Shown here one piece after another: positions 43,352-52,598 of a stretch of 64,000 bases of DNA (position 1 is the first letter of the stretch; every line of letters starts with the position of its first letter). The notes beneath the pieces were generated by a model. The model was not told the origin of the DNA. It did not search any database and saw only the letters and a program-made list of their open reading frames with translations. The stretch is from an uncultured archaeon (lineage in GTDB: Archaea; Iainarchaeota; Iainarchaeia; Iainarchaeales; GCA-2688035). The stretch lies in the NCBI GenBank assembly GCA_964640195.1, contig CAZXIC010000001.1, forward strand, positions 83,363 to 147,362, written 5' to 3'. Position numbers and translations under genes: made by a program.

Positions 43352-44148
43352 CCCGCCCCAAAATGATTCAAAGCTTCCAAAATTCCAAAGCCATGGCTTT
43401 CCCCCGAAAAATAGATTCTCCCAAGGGCGTTTTCCTTCTCTGCCTTTGCCCTGACTTTTTGCTTAAACTCTTCCCGTGCGTTTCCAACGACAACCGCATT
43501 AAATCCAAACAAAATCGCGCTCAAATCGTTCTCGCTGTCGCCGGCGACTAGAACACCCTTCTTCCCCAGCCCCAGTTTTTTCCTCAAAAAATCGATTGAA
43601 AAGCCTTTTGAACTGTTTTTTGGCAGGAAATCAACAAGGCCTCTTTTCCCGCCACAGTCTTCGCTGTAAACAATTTCAACGCTGAGCCTTTCATCACTCA
43701 AGATTTTTTTAACTTTTGCAATTGCCTCTCCCGCTTTTTCGGGTTTGATGTAATAGCTCTGCTTGAATTCTTTCTGGGCACTTTCCCCCTGTTCAACAAA
43801 TTCGCTAAACCCTGAAACAATTTTTTTAATCTTTTTTCCAAACCCCCATGGAACCCTTTCAAGCAGTTTTTCCCTCCAATCGCTGTCAACATAAAACCTC
43901 TTGCCTTTTCTTAGATAGATTGTCGTTCCAACATCCACTATAACCGCATTCGGCTCTGGCAGGCAACTTTTTTCGATTACAGATTCAACCAGCTCAATGC
44001 TTCTCCCTGAGGCATAAGCCAGAAAAAAACCTTTGTGGTTTTTTAAAAAAAAACCCAACTCTCTCAAAGAATTTTTGTTAAAAGGCTCTTTTCCTGCCGG
44101 GATTAGCGTACCGTCCAAGTCAGAAACAAGGAGGTAATTCTTATCCAT
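43348..44148 (-). CDS. Sucrose-phosphate phosphatase-like HAD-IIB hydrolase
   Basis: LVSDLDGTL; GDSEND. Confidence 0.7.
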   Translation of the reverse strand: MDKNYLLVSDLDGTLIPAGKEPFNKNSLRELGFFLKNHKGFFLAYASGRSIELVESVIEKSCLPEPNAVIVDVGTTIYLRKGKRFYVDSDWREKLLERVPWGFGKKIKKIVSGFSEFVEQGESAQKEFKQSYYIKPEKAGEAIAKVKKILSDERLSVEIVYSEDCGGKRGLVDFLPKNSSKGFSIDFLRKKLGLGKKGVLVAGDSENDLSAILFGFNAVVVGNAREEFKQKVRAKAEKENALGRIYFSGESHGFGILEALNHFGAG

Positions 44149-44362
44149 AAAACTTCCAACCCTGCTTTTCTTTTATAATAAAAGTTTTTTTAAATTCACT
44201 GTGTTTTTGCACAGCAAGAGCGCCTGATGGGCCAGGGGCTGAAAAAGCGAAAACAGCCCAAAAATGCCGCCAGGAAGGCATGTTCGGCTCGGGCTGCCTT
44301 TTAATGTACAAACAATTCTTCTAACCTAAGCACTTAAATCGTTTATCTTCTCTATTGTCTAA

Positions 44363-44428
44363 CAGGCAATGATGAGGTTAACACCTGCTGACCGAAAGGG
44401 ATGATTAAACAACTCAACACTGAGCCCA
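44363..44428 (+). ncRNA. Box C/D sRNA candidate (C AUGAUGA, 12-nt guide, D' CUGA, C' UGAUUA, 12-nt guide, D CUGA, GGC/GCC terminal stem)
   Basis: Box spacing exactly 12 and 12 nt, read from the sequence. Confidence 0.45.
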
Positions 44429-44522
44429 GAAACAGGAAAATGGCGAGAGACAAAAAGGGTTTTCTTGCAGTTATTTATGAAGAAACAGCAGCTTTAAATT
44501 GACTATCGTTCTTATTTATGGC

Positions 44523-45437
44523 ATGTTAGAAAAAACAATCCTGTTTCTCACATTGCTTATCCTCACAAGCGGCTGCCTTCAGTCCCTTCCCTTTGTCAAG
44601 CTTGGGCCGGGCGGGTGCATGGATGAGGCAAGCTGCAGAACATACTGCGAATCAAACCTGCAGGAGTGCATTGACTGGTGCAGTGAAAACCAGCATGAAC
44701 TATGCGGTGCAATAGCAAGCGATTATACTGGGGGCGGTTCTAGCACACCGGGCTTGAGTGATGGGCAATCGCAAGAGCCGCAGGTTCCCAATGAAGACGA
44801 GCAGGTAATTGGCGACGATGTTTTTATCTGCGAAAACGACAATTCTGTGCAATCCAGGGGGTATGTTTACCTGCACGGCTTCGGAGACCACAACCCCAAT
44901 GCATTCGATTATCAGAGAAGCCTGATTGGAAATGATGAAAAAACAAAAGATATTCTGGACTTTGATTATGATGAAAAATTAACCATAGAGGAAATTAGCG
45001 AGGACTTTGTTTCACAGTTTGATGAATTTGTCTCAGAAAACGATTTTGAGGAAATTATCATTATTGGGCAGAGTGCCGGGGGAACAGTTGCAGCATACTC
45101 CGCGCACAAGCTAAACTTCACGGGAACAATTGAAGTGCACACACTTGCTTCTCCATTAAGAGGCTGTGACAACAAGGGAATTGCAGCACAATACGTGCCA
45201 GGCGAGGGGTTCTATAGGGAAATTGGAATAGGCTTTGACCCATTCACTGCTCCTGCAGACAATGTTAAAGTTTACCACCACAAAACAGTTGAGGATGAAA
45301 CGCTAACGCAGTGCGACACGCCTGTATTGATGCAATACAACAACGTTCCGGGAAGCAAGGAATTCTACTACCCGGAACTAAGCCACGAAACAATCATGCC
45401 GACTGTCTCAAAGACAATAATAGAATGCCACGGATAG
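44523..45437 (+). CDS. Alpha/beta-hydrolase (lipase/esterase-like) lipoprotein
   Basis: Lipobox LTSGC; GQSAGG nucleophile elbow. Confidence 0.6.
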   Translation: MLEKTILFLTLLILTSGCLQSLPFVKLGPGGCMDEASCRTYCESNLQECIDWCSENQHELCGAIASDYTGGGSSTPGLSDGQSQEPQVPNEDEQVIGDDVFICENDNSVQSRGYVYLHGFGDHNPNAFDYQRSLIGNDEKTKDILDFDYDEKLTIEEISEDFVSQFDEFVSENDFEEIIIIGQSAGGTVAAYSAHKLNFTGTIEVHTLASPLRGCDNKGIAAQYVPGEGFYREIGIGFDPFTAPADNVKVYHHKTVEDETLTQCDTPVLMQYNNVPGSKEFYYPELSHETIMPTVSKTIIECHG

Positions 45438-45495
45438 GTTGTCGTATAAGCTGAAAACAACCTTTAAATATGAGTTTACTGTTTTTATTTGTAAT

Positions 45496-46563
45496 ATGAA
45501 ATCAAAGCACCGATTTTCTGTAGTTTTGGGGCTTGCTTTCGTGGCGTTAATTTTGCTGTTGGGCTGTATTCAGGAAATGCCCGGCACAGCACCAGGGGGT
45601 AAGCAACAAGGCGAACCTGGTTCGTTGGCGGGAAACGAAACCCTTGAAATATTCATCCTGAATACAGACGGTTCGCCCCTGGGCAATATTGAGGTTGACT
45701 TATGGAAGAAGGAAACCATGGCAGGGCCGCCAGATGTAGGCTTTGAAATAACCAACTCCCAGGGAAAGGCAGTTTTCAGGGTTCCGGCAGGAGAATACAG
45801 AATCGGATTCAATCAGGTGAATTTTCCAAAGAATATGGAATACCCTGAACCGGAATTTGTTGTGGTTGAAGAGGGAATTCCCAGCAGCAGAACAATCACG
45901 CTAAAAATAAAGGAGGAACTGCAGGAAAGGAAACTGGTTGCATTGGGAGCCAGCTTTACCAAAGCCAACAACCTTTCCTCAGAAAAAGTTGGGGATTTCG
46001 AGGAATTTAGTTTTGCCACGGGCACCAAAATCAACAGCGTGCTTGTTTACCTAAAGGGCAAGGGGGAGAATATCAACGCGGTTAATCTGGCTGAATCGGG
46101 CGCAACCAGCGGCGACATACTGGATACGCAAGCCTCGAATGTGGCAGGGTATTCCCCGAAATACGTTACCTTGTTAGTTGGCGGAACAGACATTCTGCAG
46201 GAGTTTTCAACCCAAGCATTTAGATCCAATCTGCAGGCAATAATTAAAAAAATCAAAAATAAAGACAGCATTATCTTAATCGGAACAATAGTAAATTTCC
46301 CGAGAATTAGAACAGCTGATTTCGATGCTTGCGGCGAGGATGTCCTTCAGTTGAATGTTGAAAATTTAACTGAGGGAAAGATTTTGGAATTTAATGAAGT
46401 GATAAAAGAAGTAGCCGCAGAACACAACCTTGTTCTGGTTGACTTATTTGGTTCCCTTGGACCTGAACACGCGAGTGATTACGACTGCCTGCACCCCAAT
46501 ATTGCTGGGCAGGAAAAACTAGCACAGGAATTCATCCTCGCTTTGGAAAACATGGAAAGCTAA
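45496..46563 (+). CDS. SGNH/GDSL-like hydrolase lipoprotein
   Basis: Lipobox LLGC; C-terminal DCLHPN (DxxH). Confidence 0.6.
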   Translation: MKSKHRFSVVLGLAFVALILLLGCIQEMPGTAPGGKQQGEPGSLAGNETLEIFILNTDGSPLGNIEVDLWKKETMAGPPDVGFEITNSQGKAVFRVPAGEYRIGFNQVNFPKNMEYPEPEFVVVEEGIPSSRTITLKIKEELQERKLVALGASFTKANNLSSEKVGDFEEFSFATGTKINSVLVYLKGKGENINAVNLAESGATSGDILDTQASNVAGYSPKYVTLLVGGTDILQEFSTQAFRSNLQAIIKKIKNKDSIILIGTIVNFPRIRTADFDACGEDVLQLNVENLTEGKILEFNEVIKEVAAEHNLVLVDLFGSLGPEHASDYDCLHPNIAGQEKLAQEFILALENMES

Positions 46564-46655
46564 GCTTTTCTATTCACTTTTTTGGACATAAACCAGGATA
46601 GAAAAATAATATTAAAACCAGAAGGAAGCTAGGCATTAATGAAACAACTCAAGGT

Positions 46656-47186
46656 TCAGCCCATTATGAGCTCATGCGTGTAATAGCTCTCTTCAGCGTA
46701 TTCTGCAAGCATGTCCGCGTGCCCCTTTTCAAATTCCGCCAAGGCTTTGAAGAAGCGCTTCGCACCCCCGTCCTGCAGCCTTTCAGAGATTTTCTGGTAG
46801 AATTCCTGGGCCTGCTTTTCCTTCCACAGGGCGAAAAGGATTGCGGTTATGCCCTCCAGATTGTCCTTGTCCCAGTCCTTTTCCGAGAAGATTTTCGGCT
46901 TTTCGCTTTTTTCCAGCCCTGGCTCAATCCACTTGCCTTCCCTCTGCAGCGATTCCCTCAGGCTGTTTATTGCCCGGAGGTGCCCTTCCTCCTGTTTAAC
47001 GAGAAAAGAGAAGAAGTGCTGCATTTCGCTCCCTGAAAATTTCTCTGCCTGTTTTGAGTAGAAGGCAATGCTTTCCCTCTCAATGCCTGCCGCTGCGCCA
47101 ACGCCCTTGGCTGCCTCAGCCGCGTTGCCGGACGAAACCTGCTGCAACGCCTTCTCAAGCTGCTTGGAACCCAGTGTGTTTTCCAT
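46656..47186 (-). CDS. Ferritin-like/rubrerythrin-like diiron-fold protein
   Basis: Two ExxH motifs (EEGHLRA, EKGHADM). Confidence 0.5.
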   Translation of the reverse strand: MENTLGSKQLEKALQQVSSGNAAEAAKGVGAAAGIERESIAFYSKQAEKFSGSEMQHFFSFLVKQEEGHLRAINSLRESLQREGKWIEPGLEKSEKPKIFSEKDWDKDNLEGITAILFALWKEKQAQEFYQKISERLQDGGAKRFFKALAEFEKGHADMLAEYAEESYYTHELIMG

Positions 47187-47215
47187 CCAATTCCCCTTCA
47201 GGTGCGAACTATTTT

Positions 47216-47422
47216 TTATTTTTCTGTTTTAGTGCTGCTGCCCCTTCCCTTGATTAAGAGGGCAATTCCAACTACCAGCAGAATAACTGTGCTTGCCGGA
47301 GTGAAAGAGCAGACTGCCTTGTAGCCGAGCATGCATGCCTTGCTCGCACCAGCGTTTGGAACCAGTGTGGCAATTGCCAGGATGATTAAAATTGCGCCAA
47401 GCGCCAACGCTTTTTTTCCCAT
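47216..47422 (-). CDS. Small membrane protein
   Basis: MGKKALALGAILIILAIATL. Confidence 0.3.
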   Translation of the reverse strand: MGKKALALGAILIILAIATLVPNAGASKACMLGYKAVCSFTPASTVILLVVGIALLIKGRGSSTKTEK

Positions 47423-47564
47423 TCCCGCACCCCCTAAAAATTCTGTTAGAATTGTGTTATTGCCATTAATAAGCTTTTGCCGGGGCACCCTGTTTCCATT
47501 CCATGCAGCAGGCACTTAGCAAACCAGAGCCAGTTAAATTTTTTTTGGATTTTTTGTTGTACGG

Positions 47565-47999
47565 ATGTTCGACAGGAAGCTGCGGAGAATTGCAATTGCC
47601 TACGTTGCCCTGCAGGCTGTCATCTGGGCAAAGTGCGTGCTGTTTTTTGTTTGGTTTGGGCATGGCAAGAGCATTCCGTTCAACTGGAGGGCTTTCCCGG
47701 AGAATGCCCTGCTGTTTGACTTCTTTTTCCATAATGGCATGCATGCGGCAATCGCGGTTCTTGCGCTGCTGTTCGGAAAGAACATCCAAAGGATTGAGTG
47801 GCTGAAAATAATTGCAGTGGTTTTTGTTGCTGCTGGGCTGCATAATATTGCATATTGGTTTACTGCATCGCACGAAAGCGCATGGTACAGCGCAGTTGAC
47901 TTTGCAAGGGACAGCGCGCTTCTATTTGCTGCCGTAAGTGCGGGCTATCTGCTGAACGCGCTGTGGAAAAAAGTGAAGAAAGCACGGCGGAATGATTGA
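47565..47999 (+). CDS. Integral membrane protein, unknown function
   Basis: Four predicted TM helices. Confidence 0.4.
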   Translation: MFDRKLRRIAIAYVALQAVIWAKCVLFFVWFGHGKSIPFNWRAFPENALLFDFFFHNGMHAAIAVLALLFGKNIQRIEWLKIIAVVFVAAGLHNIAYWFTASHESAWYSAVDFARDSALLFAAVSAGYLLNALWKKVKKARRND

Positions 48000-48063
48000 C
48001 AGGGGCAGGCGCCAAGGCAGGGAAAAGAATTAAATTGCTGGAAGCTTATCTTATTCTCTTGCC

Positions 48064-48744
48064 ATGCAGTGCATGCTTAACTTTTCCTTGGAAGAAAAGG
48101 GGAAAGTGCTTTCCTTTCTCAGGCAGTTTCCCGCAGTGCCCACAAAAACTGGGTTTGAGCAGTTCAGGTGCAGAATCGGTGAAAGCACTGTCACATTGTA
48201 CAGCAGCGGAAAGCTGCTGGTGCAGGGAAAAGACTGCAGCGCTGTCAAGGAAAGGATTCTGCGCGCTGTGCAGCTGGAAAGCGAGTTGGTGATTGGGATA
48301 GACGAATCCGGCAGGGGCGAGCCTTTTGGTTCGCTGGTTGTTGCAGCGGTTCTGGCTGATTCAAGCAAAATGAGGGAACTGCGGGACAGCAAAAAGGTGC
48401 GGAACCTGCAGGAAAAGCGGCAGCTGGTGGAGAAAAATGCCATAGCGATAGAGACTGTGGCGGTCAGCGCAGCTGAAATTGACGAGCTGAGGGCAGGAGG
48501 CGTGAACCTGGATGAAATAGAAGCAAGGGCAATCAACGCCTTGGTTGAGAAACTCGCTCCAAAAGGAAAAGGGGCAAGGGTTTTGGTTGACGGAAAGCGC
48601 TTGAAGGGAGTCAAAGCAGGAATCGGGTTTATCGTAAAAGGTGATGACAGGAACGCAGTAATCGGCGCTGCCTCGGTTATTGCGAAAAGCGAGAGGGAGA
48701 GAAACGGGAAAGGCAGGAGAAGCAGCTGGGGCAAAAGGAAATGA
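48064..48744 (+). CDS. RNase H type 2 enzyme with an RNase HIII-like N-terminal (DUF3378/TBP-like) domain
   Basis: VTLYSSGKLLVQG in the N-terminal domain; IGIDESGRGEPFGSLVVAAV catalytic motif; AASVIAKSER. Confidence 0.6.
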   Translation: MQCMLNFSLEEKGKVLSFLRQFPAVPTKTGFEQFRCRIGESTVTLYSSGKLLVQGKDCSAVKERILRAVQLESELVIGIDESGRGEPFGSLVVAAVLADSSKMRELRDSKKVRNLQEKRQLVEKNAIAIETVAVSAAEIDELRAGGVNLDEIEARAINALVEKLAPKGKGARVLVDGKRLKGVKAGIGFIVKGDDRNAVIGAASVIAKSERERNGKGRRSSWGKRK

Positions 48745-49661
48745 AGGAAAGCAAAACTGGCAAAGGCAAGAAGGAAGAGAAAAGCAGCCCCAGCAAAAGC
48801 GGAGAGAGAGCGAAGGAAAGCAACGCAGGCAGAGCCTGGAAGGGAAAGAGAAAAAGCAGCCCCAGCGAAGCGTGGGAGAAAATGAAGAAAATCAGGCTGA
48901 GCAAAGCACTGTGGAGGCTTAAGGCAACTGCCTGCCTCACGGCTGCGCTGGCTGCGGCATACTTCCTGCTGAGCAGGGGAAGCCTTTTCATTGAGAAGGA
49001 GGCATTGCTTTCTTATTCGTTCAGCCTGAGCCAGCCTTGGAACATTTTTTCCTACGTGTTTGCCCATATCAGCGTGCACCACCTCGCAGCTAACTTGGCG
49101 CAGGTTGTATTTTTCGCTGCAATAGTCGAGCTTGCCTTGGGAGCAGCAGACGTTTTCCTGCTATTCTTCTTTTCAGCAGGGCTCACAGCACTGGCTTTTT
49201 CCATGCTTAATCCCGGCACCGGGCTGGTTGGCGCTTCTGCAGGCGGCGCTGCACTGCTGACCTCTGCATTTATCTTGGACTTGAGGAAAACGATTGCTGC
49301 ACTGGCGGTAATTGCATTGCTTTTCTTCGCTCTGCCATCCACAGTAGCGTTTCTGCAGGAACTGGAGGAAACAAGGCTGCAGCAGAAGGTAGCGCAGCTG
49401 GAACAGGGCTATGAGCAGGCTGTGCAAAAGGGCGAGGAAGAGAGGGCAGCCGGGATTGCTGCTGAGCGGGAGCAGGCTGAAATAACCCTGGGACAGTTCA
49501 TGGAAAGCAAAGAGTTCGCAATAGAAACAGAAACAGACAGCCTGCTGCACGTTTACGCTGCGCTCTTTGCAGTCTTATACCTCTTGCTGTTCAGGAGAAA
49601 AAAACTGTTTGCGGCATGGCAGCAGTTGGAGGGAATCAGGCTGCTTTTAAAAAGGGGATAG
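48741..49661 (+). CDS. Rhomboid-family intramembrane protease-like protein with a basic N-terminal tail
   Basis: GASAGG (GxSG) in a TM helix; multiple TM helices. Confidence 0.5.
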   Translation: MKESKTGKGKKEEKSSPSKSGERAKESNAGRAWKGKRKSSPSEAWEKMKKIRLSKALWRLKATACLTAALAAAYFLLSRGSLFIEKEALLSYSFSLSQPWNIFSYVFAHISVHHLAANLAQVVFFAAIVELALGAADVFLLFFFSAGLTALAFSMLNPGTGLVGASAGGAALLTSAFILDLRKTIAALAVIALLFFALPSTVAFLQELEETRLQQKVAQLEQGYEQAVQKGEEERAAGIAAEREQAEITLGQFMESKEFAIETETDSLLHVYAALFAVLYLLLFRRKKLFAAWQQLEGIRLLLKRG

Positions 49662-49662
49662 C

Positions 49663-50169
49663 CTAGGGCTTGTTGCTGTGGTATACCCAGTCGTGTATTC
49701 TTTCCTCGTCTATTTCTTCTTCCCGGGCTGGCTCTTCACTGCCTCTATCCGCTTCCTTGTTTTGGTTTAAACCCTCGCCCTCGTTTTTCTTTAGGGCAGC
49801 AAGCTGCTGCTTCAGTGCGGCAATTTCAAGCCGGGTGTCCTGCTTGAATTGCTCAAAGCCGTTCAGCCTCTGGACAAGGTTTGTTCCATTCAATTTCCTT
49901 GCAACGAATTTTGCGTTGTTTATCCTAAGCAGCAGGCTTTCCAGCCTGTCAATCCTCTTGTTCAGCATTCTTGTCCTTTCCCTGTCGGCAGCCTGCTCAA
50001 AGGCCTGCTTGGAGCTGGCACTGTTTTGGAAGGTTTGCTGCAGCTCGTTTTCCAGCGGGTTGGTAGCCTGCAGATGCGCTGCAGCGTTGCCTGGCTTTGT
50101 AACGCTAAGAAAAACGTTACCCAGCACAAGAGCCAGGACCATGACAGAGAGGAAAACTGTTACAAGCAT
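49663..50169 (-). CDS. Membrane-anchored coiled-coil protein
   Basis: N-terminal TM helix, heptad-rich. Confidence 0.35.
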   Translation of the reverse strand: MLVTVFLSVMVLALVLGNVFLSVTKPGNAAAHLQATNPLENELQQTFQNSASSKQAFEQAADRERTRMLNKRIDRLESLLLRINNAKFVARKLNGTNLVQRLNGFEQFKQDTRLEIAALKQQLAALKKNEGEGLNQNKEADRGSEEPAREEEIDEERIHDWVYHSNKP

Positions 50170-50270
50170 CTGCTTACCCCTAAAGACATTATAGGCTTGG
50201 GTCAGTTTTTTAACTCTTTTGTTGCAAGGCTAATGAAAGCAAAACCTTCTTAAAAACTTGCCTGAAACAA

Positions 50271-51494
50271 TTGGGTAAGCGCGTAAAAAACTGTTTTTTG
50301 GGGATGAGCTTGCCTGTTAAAGAGAAAATAAAGGAGGGGGCAGCGGAAAAAACGCCTGGCAAAAGCCGGGTTGGAAAAAGAAAAACGGCTGCATGGCTTT
50401 CAACGTACTGGAAAGAGGCTGCAGCCATTGTGGTTCTTGGACTGGTGCTGCTGGCTGCTTTCACTGTGCTGCAGCCACCTAAGGCAAGCGTCGAGGACTT
50501 CTGGGAAGGGCAGGATGGTGAAGGAGCTGACACGCTTAAAATGATAATTGTGAAAAGCGACAGATGTCAGCTGTGCGAACTAAACAATTCGCTTGAAACG
50601 ATGTTCAAGAAGAACGGAATACCGTATGTGGTCAGGAAGTATGACGAGCAAAGCATGGAAGGGCAAAAATTCATAAATGAGCTTGGGCTGGAAAAGCTGC
50701 CTGCCTTTTTGATTGACGGCAGGGACATGAACGATGAGTGGAAAGTGAAAACAAAGAGCGGCTTTTCTCCCCTGGGGGATGTTCTGTTCTTTTACGTGAA
50801 CACCGGGCAGGCAGAATATGAGGAAGACGTGTTTGTTTTCTACGAGCTGAGCCTTGACCTGCAGCCGCACACCAGCCTGCTTTTGGGGGAAGCGTGCGGA
50901 ACCGCAGAGCACATCCTGGTGCAGTACTTTGCTGACCCCTATGACCTTGCAACTATTGCAACCTCCGTTGACATGGAAGCCCTCATAGACATGTTTGACA
51001 ACTACAACGTGGAATTTGTTTACGGCTACCTTCCGACAGCCGCCTCAACAGGCATGGAAGAGGCTTACACAAAGGACACAGTTGAAACTGCCGCGAAGCA
51101 CCTCATGTGCGCAAATGATTTGGGCGTGGATGAATTCAGGGCGCTGGAGCATGCAGCATACAACAGGTACTGCGACCTGAACCTGGATGCCGACTCCTAT
51201 TACGAAAAGCTGTACAACTGCGGCGACAGCAACCGGTTCGGCCATCCCCTGACAGGCGAGGAAGTGATGGAAAGCGTTGAAGAGGCTGGCTTGGCAGGGG
51301 ACATTCAATACAACATCTGCCTTGAGGGATACAAAACAAGGTTTGATGCAAGCAAAGCGCTTGCGGAAGCGTGGAGAATAGACAAAAGCCCGACACTTGT
51401 GGTAAACTGCACTTACGAGACCCATCCGAGGAATGCCCACAAGATAATCTGCTCCTACCTGGGCGATGTCCTGATTTGCAGGGAGCCGCGCTAA
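50271..51494 (+). CDS. Membrane-anchored thioredoxin-fold protein (Grx-like CQLC plus DsbA-like C-terminus)
   Basis: DRCQLCE; C-terminal SPTLVVNC. Confidence 0.4.
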   Translation: MGKRVKNCFLGMSLPVKEKIKEGAAEKTPGKSRVGKRKTAAWLSTYWKEAAAIVVLGLVLLAAFTVLQPPKASVEDFWEGQDGEGADTLKMIIVKSDRCQLCELNNSLETMFKKNGIPYVVRKYDEQSMEGQKFINELGLEKLPAFLIDGRDMNDEWKVKTKSGFSPLGDVLFFYVNTGQAEYEEDVFVFYELSLDLQPHTSLLLGEACGTAEHILVQYFADPYDLATIATSVDMEALIDMFDNYNVEFVYGYLPTAASTGMEEAYTKDTVETAAKHLMCANDLGVDEFRALEHAAYNRYCDLNLDADSYYEKLYNCGDSNRFGHPLTGEEVMESVEEAGLAGDIQYNICLEGYKTRFDASKALAEAWRIDKSPTLVVNCTYETHPRNAHKIICSYLGDVLICREPR

Positions 51495-51512
51495 CGAGTC
51501 TGGTGTTCTCTT

Positions 51513-52022
51513 GTGCCGGGAGAAAAAGTGCTCTTAATCCTGGCAGCCCTGCTGCTCGCTGCAAGCGGCTGCGTGCAGGAAAGCCCAGCTGAAGCAGACG
51601 TGCTGTTCTGTCCATGGGACAACTGCGCGGAAGAGCTGGTTGAAAGATTTGGAGAAGCTGAGGAAAGCATCAGCGTTGCAATATACAGCTTCACAAACCA
51701 GGACATCGCAGATGCGCTGGTTGATGCAGGGGATAGGGGTGTGAAAGTGCTTGTGCTGTTCGACAGCGGGCAGGCTGAAAGCAAGTACAGCGTTGACGAA
51801 ATGCTCCTGGAGGCAGGCGTTGCCGTAAAGCTTTTTGAAAAGGATATTGGAATAATGCACCACAAGTTTGCCGTGATTGACGGGAAAACGGTTGCAACAG
51901 GGAGCTTCAACTACAGCAAGAGCGCTGACCTGTACAACAACGAGAATCTTGTCTTCCTCTACAGCGAGGGCACAGCTCAGCGTTACGAGGCAGAGTTCCA
52001 GCAGCTGTGGGAAGCAGGGTGA
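51513..52022 (+). CDS. Phospholipase D/Nuc-family (HKD) lipoprotein
   Basis: HHKFAVIDGKTVATGSFNYS; lipobox LAASGC. Confidence 0.8.
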   Translation: MPGEKVLLILAALLLAASGCVQESPAEADVLFCPWDNCAEELVERFGEAEESISVAIYSFTNQDIADALVDAGDRGVKVLVLFDSGQAESKYSVDEMLLEAGVAVKLFEKDIGIMHHKFAVIDGKTVATGSFNYSKSADLYNNENLVFLYSEGTAQRYEAEFQQLWEAG

Positions 52023-52027
52023 AAAAA

Positions 52028-52240
52028 TCAGGCTTTTAGCGCAGCCTGCAGGACCTTCTTTGCCTCTCCTGAAAAAACCTGTTTCGCGTTGTGGATTTCA
52101 ATTGCAATTATCTGCCCATCCTTTGATATGTCAATCACTACGCCGTTCGGAAGCTCGATGCTTTTCCAGTAATTTCCGTCCACCAACTGTATTGCAATGA
52201 TGTCTTCCTCCTTGTCATACGATTTTTTCATCTGTACCAC
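52028..52240 (-). CDS. DUF2283-family antitoxin candidate
   Basis: YDKEEDIIAIQL...DGQIIAIEI. Confidence 0.55.
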   Translation of the reverse strand: MVQMKKSYDKEEDIIAIQLVDGNYWKSIELPNGVVIDISKDGQIIAIEIHNAKQVFSGEAKKVLQAALKA

Positions 52241-52483
52241 TTAATCCAGATAATATGCAGTAATTAACTTAACTTTATCTCCACCGATTTTCCTGAAGAC
52301 AACTTTCAGTGTTTTGCCTGTCGGAGGCACAACTGCAATTGCATTTAATGCATTTAAATTATACCTATCTCTTTGCATCACGCCATTGCTTATTACATAT
52401 TCAATCATGTAAGGTTCAATGTTCTTCCTGTAGCGCTTTTTGTGCCGCCAGTGTTTGGATTCAATGACCCGCACTGCAACCAA
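52241..52483 (-). CDS. DUF4258-family toxin candidate
   Basis: KHWRHKKR...KVKLITAYY. Confidence 0.55.
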   Translation of the reverse strand: MVAVRVIESKHWRHKKRYRKNIEPYMIEYVISNGVMQRDRYNLNALNAIAVVPPTGKTLKVVFRKIGGDKVKLITAYYLD

Positions 52484-52598
52484 CTCTCAAAACAGGGCTT
52501 GCACTTTTCAGCTTATAAATTTTATTGCTTTTGCGTTCTTTGACGAAAGCAAGCTAAAAATCAGCTTTTAATTCTTTTTCAGGCAATTAATTTCTTTT

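Noticed and set aside
44230-44262. Second box C/D sRNA (CUGAUGG...9 nt...CUGA)
   Set aside because: The C box deviates from RUGAUGA, guide length is non-canonical, and there is no C'/D pair. Kept only as a weak structured-RNA note.
48051-49082. 343-aa minus-strand ORF overlapping the RNase H and rhomboid genes
   Set aside because: Low-complexity Ala/Ser/Leu-rich antisense translation of two well-supported plus-strand genes.
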